Positions 19,899-31,100 of a DNA stretch of 64,000 nucleotides are shown here, in pieces (position 1 is the first letter of the stretch; every line of letters starts with the position of its first letter). The translations under genes were made by a program, and so were the position numbers. Below the pieces are notes generated by a model that saw only the letters and a list, made by a program, of their open reading frames with translations, was not told where the DNA came from and ran no database searches. Location: the IMG/VR virus record IMGVR_UViG_3300020276_000001, positions 39,993 to 103,992 of that record, one strand, 5' to 3'. This DNA comes from a virus. Taxonomy: Duplodnaviria; Caudoviricetes.

Positions 19899-21704
19899 AT
19901 GAAAAAGAAGCCAGTTTGGATTGCCGGAATTGCAAGGGGACACAATGCAGGTGTTTGTCTTTTAAAAGATGGTGAGATAGTATTTGCAATAGAAGAAGAA
20001 AGACTTACACGTCAGAAATATGATGGTGGTCCTTATGCTTCTATGATGAAAATTTTAGAATACACAGACAAACTAGATTTCTTATGTGTTGCACACACAC
20101 AAAATTTACAAAGAACAGCAGGTAGAGTAGACTTTAGTGGAGATGATGTTTACACAGGACTTGCACGTAAGATGGGATTAATAAGTAGAAAGCCTTATAA
20201 CCCAGAAGAAAATCACCCACAAGTAATTGACATGAGTCATATACATCATAAGTTACACGCCGCGACAGCCTTTTATAGATCAGGATTTAGTGATGCAGTA
20301 GCAGTTATTGTTGATGGTGCAGGTACGTTTATAGATTTAGCTACTAACCAAGGTGAACCACAAACTGTTTGGGAAACAGAAACAATATATGATTGTGCAT
20401 ATCCAGATAATTTTAAAACACTTTACAAACACCTAGGTACTAACGGTCCTATGGTTACGCAATACTTAAAAGATATGTCAAGTGAGTTATATGATGAACC
20501 TAAAGAATGGACACACGATGTTTTACTTACTGAAAATGCAGGTATAGTAAAAACTTATGAGGCAGTAACAGAATACTGTGGCTTTAGCTTTATTGAAGCA
20601 GGTAAAACAATGGGATTATTTCCATATGGTAGACGTGCTAATATTAAACTATTTAGAAATGATACTATGTGGCCTATATCAGATAGACAAATGATTATAC
20701 CTACATATCCAAACGGTGCTCATGTAAACTATAACTTCTTTCAAGAACTTGTAGATCATGATAATGAAGATGTAAGCAAATTAGAAAACAGAAGGAATTT
20801 AGCTTATGCTGTACAAACAGAAACACAAAATCAAGTTGTTAAACTTATTAAACGTGCAGTTGAAATGTCCGGTAAGAATAAAGTTGTTATTAGTGGCGGC
20901 TACGGTCTTAATTGTGTAGCAAACTATGAATATTTAGATCAACTTAAAGATGAAAATATTGAAATATATGTTGAGCCAGTAAGTAATGATGCAGGTACGG
21001 CCATGGGTGCGGCAATGTTAATGCATAGAAGACTTACAAAAGATAATAAAGTACAAGAACAGCAAGATACGTTATATGAAGGTCCTGCTTATTGTTATTC
21101 AGATGATGACATTAATAAAGTTGTAGAAAAATATAATGCAACAGTTGAAGAAGCAGATGATAAAAAAGTAGTTGACATACTAGCAGATAGAAAAATTTGT
21201 ACAATCTTCCAGGGTCGTTCAGAGAACGGTCCACGTGCATTAGGTAATAGAACTATCATGTATGACCCAAGTGATCCTAATGGTAAAGATCACGTTAACC
21301 TTATAAAACGTAGAGAATACTTTAGACCTTTTGCAGGTAGTATACTTGAAGAAGATGTACATGAATGGTTTGATTTACGTGGTATGAAAAGTTCACCAAC
21401 AATGATGTATGCTGTAAACTGTCAAGAAGGTATTGCAGAAAAGATTCCAAGCATTATACACGTTGACGGAACTTGTAGAATACAAACAGTTAGTGAAAAA
21501 CAAAATCCTCATTACTATAATTTAATTAAAGCCTGGAAAGAAAAAACAGGATTATCGATTATTTTCAATACAAGTTTTAATTTAGGTGGAGAACCATTAG
21601 TAGAAACATTAGATGATGCTGTACGTACATTGAAACACAGCGACATTGAATACTTGTACTTGCCTGAATATAAAAAACTTGTTACATTGAAAAATGACGG
21701 CTAA
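19899..21704 (+). CDS. O-carbamoyltransferase (NodU/CmcH/TobZ family)
   Basis: IEEERLTRQKY, HHKLHA, GKTMGL, SGGYGLNCVAN, GRSENGPRALGNR, REYFRPFA, NTSFNLGGEPLVET. Confidence 0.92.
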   Translation: MKKKPVWIAGIARGHNAGVCLLKDGEIVFAIEEERLTRQKYDGGPYASMMKILEYTDKLDFLCVAHTQNLQRTAGRVDFSGDDVYTGLARKMGLISRKPYNPEENHPQVIDMSHIHHKLHAATAFYRSGFSDAVAVIVDGAGTFIDLATNQGEPQTVWETETIYDCAYPDNFKTLYKHLGTNGPMVTQYLKDMSSELYDEPKEWTHDVLLTENAGIVKTYEAVTEYCGFSFIEAGKTMGLFPYGRRANIKLFRNDTMWPISDRQMIIPTYPNGAHVNYNFFQELVDHDNEDVSKLENRRNLAYAVQTETQNQVVKLIKRAVEMSGKNKVVISGGYGLNCVANYEYLDQLKDENIEIYVEPVSNDAGTAMGAAMLMHRRLTKDNKVQEQQDTLYEGPAYCYSDDDINKVVEKYNATVEEADDKKVVDILADRKICTIFQGRSENGPRALGNRTIMYDPSDPNGKDHVNLIKRREYFRPFAGSILEEDVHEWFDLRGMKSSPTMMYAVNCQEGIAEKIPSIIHVDGTCRIQTVSEKQNPHYYNLIKAWKEKTGLSIIFNTSFNLGGEPLVETLDDAVRTLKHSDIEYLYLPEYKKLVTLKNDG

Positions 21705-22329
21705 TTTTACACAATACTTCGACACAAAAATATACTGGACAGATGAAATAGACGGTTGTGGTAACACCATGATTGATGACTTCCTTGATGCAACCAGTTT
21801 TATTACAGAAGATAAAACATTTTACAATGCATTAGAATGGTGTAGTGGTCCAGGGTTTTGGGGATTTGGTTTATTAGGTACAGATAAAACAGAAAAGATT
21901 ACTTTATCAGATGTATGGGAACCAAACAAACCAGCAGTACTACAAACAATACTAGAAAATAACTTAGATCAAAAAGCACATTTCGTTCTAAGTGATAATT
22001 TTAAGTCAATTCCCGAGCAAACATTTGACCTAATTGTTGCTAATCCTCCACATTTCAATGGTGACCCGTATGTTGCACACTACGATGAGCCAAGGAAATA
22101 TAAAGATTTAGACTGGTCTATACACAAAAACTTCTTTGATAATGTAGGAAACTACTTAACACAAGATGGAGTAATCATACTTGCTGAAAATGTATGGGGA
22201 TCAAATCCTGATACGTTTAAAGATATGATTACAAAGAATAATCTAAAAATAACACATCATTTTCCTTCAAAGCAGTATCCGTTAGATATGTGGTATTTAG
22301 GAATCGCGAGAGAATCCGCGGAGCGGTAA
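21694..22329 (+). CDS. class I SAM-dependent methyltransferase (NPP-motif, PrmC/MTS-like)
   Basis: Motif I LEWCSGPGFWG and motif IV FDLIVANPPHF. Confidence 0.8.
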   Translation: MTANFTQYFDTKIYWTDEIDGCGNTMIDDFLDATSFITEDKTFYNALEWCSGPGFWGFGLLGTDKTEKITLSDVWEPNKPAVLQTILENNLDQKAHFVLSDNFKSIPEQTFDLIVANPPHFNGDPYVAHYDEPRKYKDLDWSIHKNFFDNVGNYLTQDGVIILAENVWGSNPDTFKDMITKNNLKITHHFPSKQYPLDMWYLGIARESAER

Positions 22330-22392
22330 AACGCAAATTTAATGCCGCGAAGCGGTAAAAAGCGGTAATATGCTTTTGAACAGAAGCCGCTA
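22316..22392. repeat. tandem GC-rich GNA-triloop mini-hairpins / AGCGGTAA x3
   Basis: CCGC-GGA-GCGG at 22316-22326 and CCGC-GAA-GCGG at 22345-22355. AGCGGTAA occurs three times. Confidence 0.7.
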
Positions 22393-22399
22393 CTAATTG

Positions 22400-22407
22400 A
22401 ATAAATA
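22400..22407 (+). promoter_or_regulatory. T4-type late promoter (AATAAATA)
   Basis: Upstream of a GAGG RBS and the 22426 start. Confidence 0.55.
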
Positions 22408-22425
22408 CTACAAAGAGGATGTTTA

Positions 22426-24132
22426 ATGGCGTTTGATATCAGTAAGTTTTTCCGTAAAGGGCAAAACAACACAATAGAATTTAGAGGCGGTAGTAACCTA
22501 AGTTACGCCGGTCCTTCTTCTACACTTGTAGAAAATGGGACCGAATTAGACCGTTGGTATGTTGGTTCGTATTTCGGCGTAGAATACACTATAGCCTGTG
22601 ATGTGAACTCAGCACGTAAAGAGATCATTAAATGCCTATGTACAGCAAGTACAAGCACAGCAAACATAGTAATATACGGTAGAAGTAACCTAGGTAATGA
22701 TTTATTACAGCTAGAAGTTGAAGTAACAGATGCTTACTTTAAACTTATGGCATATCCTAGAGTACAAGATGATTCAACTAGTATAGAAGGTGCAAAAATC
22801 ATACATAGTGCTAACTATTATGCAACACTAAATGAGCCAGGACCTGTTATTGCAGGATCAAGTTCAAGTGCATATTCACCAACTTACACATTATCAAGAT
22901 CTACTTCACAAGCAAATGAAGGACAATCATTTAGCATAACACTTATTACAACAAATGTCAATGCAGGTACAACTGTTCCATTTACAATTACTGGAGTACA
23001 GAGTGCAGACATTGGAGGAGCAAACCTAACAGGAAACTTCATAACTGGAACAACAGATACATTTACGTATCCAGTTACATCAGACCTTTCAACAGAAGGT
23101 GCAGAAACATTTACAATGACACTTGACAATGATCCAGGTGGAACTACAACAAGTGCGGCTGTTCTGTTTAACGATACTTCACAGACTCCTGCTATTTCAT
23201 ACACATTGACTTCTAACTTATCAAATGTTAATGAGGGAGATACATTTAGAATTACACTTACAACAGGAAACGTTGATCCGGGTGTTACACTAGATTACAC
23301 AGTAACAGGTGTTACTGCGGCTGACCTAACAACAGGATCACTAACAGGAAGTTTCGTTGTAGGTACAACAGATTATTTTGACTTTACACTTGCTGAAGAT
23401 ACAACAACTGAAGGTGTTGAAAGTTTTAACATACAGTTGAACAACGGACAAGCAACTGCACAGGTACAAATTGCAGATACTTCACAAGCGGCGGCTGTGT
23501 CAAGTTACAGCTTGGGTCGTTCTGTTCCAACAGTTAATGAAGGTGGTAACTTTACAATTACACTTACAACTGAGAATGTTGCAAATGGTACAAGTTTACC
23601 TTACACAATTACAGGTGTAACAAGTTCAGATATTAACGGAGCGTCATTGACTGGAGACTTTATTGTTGGCTCACAGGAAACATTAAACGTTACTGTGTCA
23701 TCAGACTTAACAACAGAAGGTTCAGAAGTTTTCCAACTTGCATTGGATAACGGTGAAGCTACTGTAGGCGTAACCATTGCTGATACATCAATAACTCCAG
23801 GTAACAACTATACGATCACGGTTGGTAACGCAGGTTCAGGATCATACACATTATCAGGTACAGATAGAAATGGTAGTGTAAGTGGAAACAACGCACAGAT
23901 TAATCTAAATGTTAATGACAACTTAACATTAACAATGAATGCGGCAGGGCATCCATTGTATATTAAATCAACAAACGCAACAGGTACAGGTAATCAGGTT
24001 ACAACACCAGCGGCAGTAGGCCAAGGTGCTTCTAGCTCAGGTAATATTACTTGGACACCTAATACAGCAGGTACATATCACTATAACTGTCAATACCATA
24101 GTAGTATGCACGGCTTGATAGTGGTAAGTTAA
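22426..24132 (+). CDS. virion protein with three Calx-beta/Ig-like repeats and a C-terminal cupredoxin-like domain
   Basis: Three ~100-aa repeats (NEG..F.ITL.T.NV..GT...YT.TGV...D..TEG.E.F). C-terminal GHP...GTYHYNCQYHSSMHG. Confidence 0.7.
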   Translation: MAFDISKFFRKGQNNTIEFRGGSNLSYAGPSSTLVENGTELDRWYVGSYFGVEYTIACDVNSARKEIIKCLCTASTSTANIVIYGRSNLGNDLLQLEVEVTDAYFKLMAYPRVQDDSTSIEGAKIIHSANYYATLNEPGPVIAGSSSSAYSPTYTLSRSTSQANEGQSFSITLITTNVNAGTTVPFTITGVQSADIGGANLTGNFITGTTDTFTYPVTSDLSTEGAETFTMTLDNDPGGTTTSAAVLFNDTSQTPAISYTLTSNLSNVNEGDTFRITLTTGNVDPGVTLDYTVTGVTAADLTTGSLTGSFVVGTTDYFDFTLAEDTTTEGVESFNIQLNNGQATAQVQIADTSQAAAVSSYSLGRSVPTVNEGGNFTITLTTENVANGTSLPYTITGVTSSDINGASLTGDFIVGSQETLNVTVSSDLTTEGSEVFQLALDNGEATVGVTIADTSITPGNNYTITVGNAGSGSYTLSGTDRNGSVSGNNAQINLNVNDNLTLTMNAAGHPLYIKSTNATGTGNQVTTPAAVGQGASSSGNITWTPNTAGTYHYNCQYHSSMHGLIVVS

Positions 24133-24137
24133 ATGCA

Positions 24138-24145
24138 GATAAATA
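24138..24145 (+). promoter_or_regulatory. T4-type late promoter (GATAAATA)
   Basis: Intergenic, followed by an AGGAG RBS. Confidence 0.65.
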
Positions 24146-24160
24146 CAAGAGGAGAAACAC

Positions 24161-25189
24161 ATGGCAGTTGTTAAGTCACCTTTTGAGGCACAACACGGAT
24201 TTAAATCTAACGGATTTTTAGTAGATGATCAGGGTAACGTAACTTTACGTAGTGTAACCTATACGGTTACGGAAGAAGCAACTGATGTATCAGGTGATTA
24301 CGTTGTAAGAGATGCTGGTGGTAACTTTACATTTGACGGAGAATTTGAAGCTGACGGTGTAACATTAAAACTTAATCCTGGCGTAACATTAACCAGAGGT
24401 AGTGCATACGTATTCAACTTAATTTTAAGAAGCACAAACCAAGCAGGTCAAACTCTTGGTAATAATAGTTTCAATGTTTTCCAATCAGATGGAGTAGGTT
24501 ATACAACTTATGACACGGGGATGTCACATCTAAGTACGGATCAGACAACCAAGAAAGAAACTAGTGAAGCACAAGGACAATTTTCAGGTAAGGTAACTTT
24601 TACAGTTCCAACAAATGCTCCAGAAACTTTGTATTACGGAGATGCTGATAACAATCCGATAGGAATATTAACTATCATAGATCCAACCATTACAGGTGTT
24701 GGTAGTTTCTCAAGCATTTTAACAACAGGTAACATCACAGCACAGGGTGAAAATGCTGTAATAACATTATCACCAACAGGATCATCAGGAACAGTGATAA
24801 TTAATCCATCAAATGGTGGTACAATTAGCAACGTAGATGTTAACGCACAAAGATTAACAACACTAGACAACGTTACACTTAACGGTGAAAATGCAGATAT
24901 TAGAATTGTTCCTACAGGATCAGCAGGTACGGTATTAATAAATCCAACAGCAGGTGGTACTATAGACAACATGAATATAGGTGCTACGACACCGGGAACA
25001 GTGAGTTCAACAAATTTAATTGCAAGTGCAGGAACGCTAAATAATACAGTAATAGGTAATACAAAACCAACTAAAGCTGAGTTTACGACTGCAAAAGTAC
25101 AGCAATCGCCAACTACACAAACGGCGATAGCAAACAAGAAGTATGTGGATTCAAGAGCGACGGCATTGGCAATAGCATTAGGAAGTTAG
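24161..25189 (+). CDS. virion structural/fibre protein
   Basis: NP..TL.RG..Y.F...FTVP..AP..LYY domain, internal duplication (I.PTGS.GTV.INP..GGTI.N), ANKKYVD fibre motif. Confidence 0.6.
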   Translation: MAVVKSPFEAQHGFKSNGFLVDDQGNVTLRSVTYTVTEEATDVSGDYVVRDAGGNFTFDGEFEADGVTLKLNPGVTLTRGSAYVFNLILRSTNQAGQTLGNNSFNVFQSDGVGYTTYDTGMSHLSTDQTTKKETSEAQGQFSGKVTFTVPTNAPETLYYGDADNNPIGILTIIDPTITGVGSFSSILTTGNITAQGENAVITLSPTGSSGTVIINPSNGGTISNVDVNAQRLTTLDNVTLNGENADIRIVPTGSAGTVLINPTAGGTIDNMNIGATTPGTVSSTNLIASAGTLNNTVIGNTKPTKAEFTTAKVQQSPTTQTAIANKKYVDSRATALAIALGS

Positions 25190-25194
25190 AATAA

Positions 25195-28100
25195 ATGGCT
25201 AAACAAAAGATAGATACGTATATATTCCAACCAGGAATTCCTTTAAAGGACAATAGGTATCCTAACGCCTATGAGCTAATTCAAAACAATGTTGAATTTA
25301 TTTGTGATGAAGTGGTGGCATGGATTGCCGCACAGGTATTAGCTAACGCGGCTGACCCAACTAGCTTCTGGTACAACTATACATATAACTCACCAAAGTG
25401 TGAAAGAGATACAAGATATAATTTACAAGGTGTTGACGGTACAGGTGGTATAATCTATGACTTGAGATACAATGGTAATGCTCAAGCACGTTATCTTGCA
25501 AGTAAATATTGGATTAATTCTACTCCGCAGATTGATGGCGATAGACAACCTGAAATTGCGGCAAAGAACTTTGCAAGAGATTTAATCAACAACTATATTT
25601 TACCACAACAGGCTTTTACAACTGCTCAAAGTCCAATAGTAACTACACAGTATACTAATTCTGCGATTGCTTATGAGTCAGGAGCAGATGCAAGAGTAAC
25701 TACATTGATGGGAATTATCACAGACGTAATTCTAAACGGTCTTGATAATGTTCCTGCACTTGATAGAACAGGTATTTCAAGTATCAAGATGCAGACACGT
25801 ATTCCAACTAATGACTTGCTGTTAATGACAGACACTACAAACAACGAAGTTATCTTTAACTTCAGTGATCCAACATTAGGTGCAAGTGTTGAATACCAAA
25901 CAGACGACACAGAAAAATTAACAAAAGGCGTTGAAGAAGATTTTCCTAAGTTCTTAGAAAAAACAGGAACAATTACAACTGTTTATCTTGACAAGAATAC
26001 TGATAACGTTGACTACAGTCCAAAAGCAATAGCAGTACTAGAAGCAAACAAAGCCTTTATGCAAAAAGAAGCTACGGCTTATATCGCGGCTCAGGTAGCG
26101 GCGGCATCAAGCGGAACTTGGTATAACTTTTCACACAATACAGCATTAACTGAAAGAGACCTTGGTGCTGAGATTACTGCTTTTACAAACGATATTAAAT
26201 ATGGTGGTAACTCAAGAACATATGATCAAGCAAGTAAGTATTGGACACAAACTACTCCATACTTTAGCGGAACAAGAGCGGAAGAAGTTGCACTTAGAAA
26301 CTGGTTATTAAATTTAATCAATACTTACATCTTAACAAATACAGCATACACTTCACAACAAACAGGTGCAGGTGCAGTATCACAAACTACAATTTTAAGT
26401 TTACCTGAACTTGGTGTTCATACAAGAGTAACACAGTTAATAGGAATTACAACTGACGTTATTGCTAACGGCTTAGACGTAAGACCTATTAGAGAAGAAG
26501 TTCCACTTTACTACGCATCAGACGAAATACAAGTTTTCGTTGATCAAGGTGAAACAAGAACAAGACCATTTGACTTTGGTACTGATGCTATTGAACGTAT
26601 GAGAGTTTCAAACTCCGTATCCATGCTTGATGCTGACTTTGAATACGGACTACAGCCTACGAAGTGGCAAGCGATTGCTATGCAAAGAGGTTATCCAAGT
26701 ATTTACGAAGTACCAGGTACTGATAAAGTTGTTTCAAGTGTTACAACAGACGCTTCAACAGGTACAGGTGGTGTTGGTCAAAGTTTAATTACTGTAACCA
26801 CAGTTGGTGCTCATGGAATTGAAGCTGGTACACCTATTACAATTAAAGCACTTGAAAATAGTGTCCAAGGGGCAAGTAGAGCAGAAGGTTCATTCATTGT
26901 ATCAACTGTTCCAACATCAGCAACATTTACATATTTTGCGAAATCAAAAGTTGGTGTTAGTAACGGCGAAGTACTTTCAACTTATTATACACAGTTAAGA
27001 GAAGCAGGATTTTACACAGGTGCGGCGATTGGTACTCCAACGTTTGGTATCATATCACAAGGAACAGCAGGTGTATTTACAAACCCATTAGGTGCAACAA
27101 CAGGTGGAGACAAAGTTACTTGGATTGGTGACACACCAGAGATTGGTGCTCCGATACAAAACGTTGCAGGTCAAATTGCAACAGCAGGTACAATAGGTGC
27201 CGCGAATGTAAGTAGAACAGCAGGAACTTACACAGGAATAACTGGTAACTCAAGCAGTATTGTTTCAGAATTAATTGTTGGTACATTTGATATTGTCATT
27301 GATGGTTCAGGTGCGGCAACAAGTATAACAAATTTTAAAGGTGGTAGAAACAACGCGGTAGGCGATACTATCACAGTATTAGACGCTTCATTAGGAGGCG
27401 GTGGTGCACCAGCATTAACTTTCCAAGTTGCAACTGAAACAGATGGCACAGGTATTGGAAGTGGTGCTCAGGTTACTGTCGTAACAGGTGGTGGTGGAGA
27501 AATTGCTACTTGGAACGTTGCAGGTGATTATGCAACAGGTGTTAACCAGATTGCATTAAGTGATGTAACAGGAATTTTGGCAGGACAAGCCATTGATAGA
27601 GGTGATGGTACAGCAATTCATGTATCAAGTATTGTTGGTAGTAACGTAAACTTAGACGCAAACACAACACAGGCTATCATTGGTAATAACGTACAATATT
27701 CAGCAGTCGCAGGAACAAATTACAACTCCGCAGGTACTAGTGCAGTATTTGATGTTGACAGAGCTGGCGGAAGTTATACCGCTGTACTAAATGGTACAGG
27801 TGGTGATAACTATGAAGTTGGTGATGTTATCGTTGTACTTGGTAACCAATTAGGTGGTCAAACAGGAACAAATGATTTAATAATAACTGTTGCATCGATT
27901 GATTCAAGTGGATCAGTTGTAACATTTACAACAGCAGGTTCGGCCTTTGATGGTAATGGAAGTTTCAGTAACATAACTGGACAAAACATGAACGGTAATG
28001 GTTTAGGTGCAATATTTGATCTTACATATACAAACAATTCTTACTCAGTAAGTTTAGCACAGCCAACTTATGCAAACAACGGTACAGGTATTACACAGGG

Positions 28101-31100
28101 TGGAACAGGTACTGGTTCAGCATTTGATGTCGTACTAACAAACAATAACTATACTGTTACTGAAAACGCGGCGGCCACTGATGCTGGATATGTAGCTGGT
28201 GACGTAATTAAAATTGGTGGTAATGAATTTGGCGGTGACGCAACAAACGATTTAACAATTTCAATAACAGCCGTTGATGGTAGTGGTGGTATTACATCAT
28301 TCAATGCGGCAGGTACTGGCCCTAACGCACAAAATAACTTTACTGAACCAGCTTATACTTACAGTGGTGTTGGTAGTGGTGCGTCATTTAATGTACAATA
28401 TAACGGAACAACTTATACTGCAAGTCTTTCACAGACAGGTTCAGGATATAGTGCGGCAGAAACTTGTACAATAGATGGTGCAAATATTGGCGGTACTAGC
28501 TCAACCAACGATGCTACAATAACTATTGATAGTGTTGACGGTTCGGGTGTTATTACTGCAATTAGTGTTTCAGGTACAGCAAGTAACAGCAGAACATTTA
28601 CAAATATAACTTCAGGTTCGAATGTTGTAGGTGCGGCGGCAACGTTTAATGTTGTTGTTAATTACAATAACAGTTACTCAGTTACATTAGGTAACGAACC
28701 AGGTTCAAACTACGGTAGTGGTAACACTATTGTTATTGCAGGTAACAACTTAGGTGGTACATCACCAGCTAATGACTTGACAATAACAGTTACAGGAATA
28801 AACGGTGCAGGTGCTATTACATCATTTAGTTCAGCAGGTACGGCCGCTGATGCAACATCAGGTTATGCTGTAGGTGATAGATTAAAAATTGAAGGATCAA
28901 ACATAGGTGGTACAAGTCCAACTAATGATGCTATTGTAAAGATAGATGCTGTAAGTGGAACAGGAAGAATTAATACAATTAGTATAACTGGTACAGCACC
29001 AGATGCCACTGAAAGTTATAACAATCCAACTTATACGTCCAACACAGTTGGTGGTGCAAGTGCAACATTCAACGTTACAAGATTAGATACGGCTTATACG
29101 GCATCGGTTCCAGTAGGTGGTTCAGGTTATCTAGTTGGCGAAGAATTTGTTATACTAGGTAGTGCATTAGGTGGTGTTGACGTAACTAACAACTGTACAA
29201 TCACAGTAGCAACAGTTGATGCGGGTACTGGAGAGGTACTAACAGTAACAACTACAGGTACAGCCTTAGATACAAAAACAATTACAGATTTAAGTCAGTT
29301 TGATGGAGAAGCAACTAACCTACAAGGTTCTACAGCAACATTTGATATTACAATTACAGGTGGAACATATAGTTATGCAATAAACACTCCAGGTACAGGT
29401 TACTATGCAGATCAAAATATTAAAATTCAAGGTAACCAAATAGGTGGTGCAACTCCGGCCAACGATATTACAATTAATATTACAAGTGTTGGTACAGGTG
29501 GAGACATTACAGGTATTAGTGGTAGTGGTACTGGTCCAGGAGGAACAGCAAGTTATACAGCAGTACCGGGATCAAACTTACAGAACAATGGTTCTAATGC
29601 AACGTTTAATATTACAAGAAACAGTGGAGCATATTCAACTGCAATAGTTAGTAACGATGGTATTAACTATCAAGTAGGAAACAAAATTAAAATCTTAGGT
29701 ACAAGTTTAGGTGGACAAACTCCAACTAACGATGCCACAATAGCAATAACTGAAGTTGCAACAGATGGTGGTGTTGTTGCTGTAACAAGTTCAGGTACGG
29801 CAGTAGCAGGTACGGTTGTTAAATCATATTCAACTGTAACTATGTCAGAGAATTTAACAGCAGATATTCCACAAAACACTACAATACAATTTGCGGCATT
29901 GGCAACTGTTGAAGTTACATTTACAACTGCACATGGATTGATTCCAGGAGATGCATTTATTGTTACACAGAGTACAGACGATGGTGTAAACAATCACACA
30001 TTATTAGAAGGTCCGTTCTTTGCACAGCAGGTTCCAACAACAACTTCATTGAGATATCAGTGTAGAGCGGCAGGAGCCATTGGTAGTGTTGGTGACATTA
30101 ATGCTATATTGTATCCAAGACCAGATTCGTTCTTTGTACACAGACCATATGATGGAGGTGTACAGCTAGGAACGGGAGGACCACAACACGGTGCTCAAGC
30201 AATTAGACAGAGTAAAAAATATATTAGATATCAATCAGGTAAGGGTATTATGTATACCACTGGTGCTCTATTTGCCCCATCCTATGATTTGTTAAACGTA
30301 ACAGCAGATGCAGTAGCGGCAGGATCGTTTATTAATGTAACTACAGATGATGTTGATCACGGATTACAAGTTGGTGGTAGAATTAGATTAATTGGTATTG
30401 AAACACCAGGTTATAACGGAGATTATTCAGTATCAAGTATTACTGATGAAAGAACATTTAAAGTTATTGCAACAACAGGACTAGGATCAACAACTCCTGT
30501 ATTAAGTCCAAAAGCTCAAGTATCATTGCTTAACTGGCATGGTGCAACTGTACGTTCAGGTGCATTTGATGATCAGAATGGTATCTTTATGGAGTATGAT
30601 GGATCAAACTATAATGCTGTACAAAGAACTTCAACATTACAGTTATCAGGTACAATATCATTAGCAGTTGACAGTAACGCAGTTACAGGTACAGCAACAA
30701 GATTTAGAGATCAAGTTAAAGCAGGTGATAGAGTTGTTATCAAAGGTATGACACACGTTGTATCACAGGTAAACAGTCAAACATCAATGAATGTTACTCC
30801 AGACTTTAGAGGTGTAACTCCTGCAAGTGGAGCCAAGTTATGTTTGGTTGCAGATAAGAAATCAAAACAAGCAGACTTTAACGGTGACGTATTAGACGGT
30901 ACAGGATCATCAGGTTACATTTTAGATATTTCTAAGATGCAGATGATTGGGATACAGTACAGTTGGTATGGAGCTGGATTTATCGATTGGATGCTCAGAG
31001 GTGATGATGGTAACTTTATTTTCTATCACAGAATGAGAAACTCAAACGTTAACACAGAAGCATTTATGAGAACTGGTAATATGCCGGTTAGATACGAAGT

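Noticed and set aside
21694-22329. DNA N6-adenine methyltransferase call from the NPPH motif
   Set aside because: Small size, no evident target-recognition domain, and tailoring-cassette context fit a protein or small-molecule MTase better. Not fully excluded.
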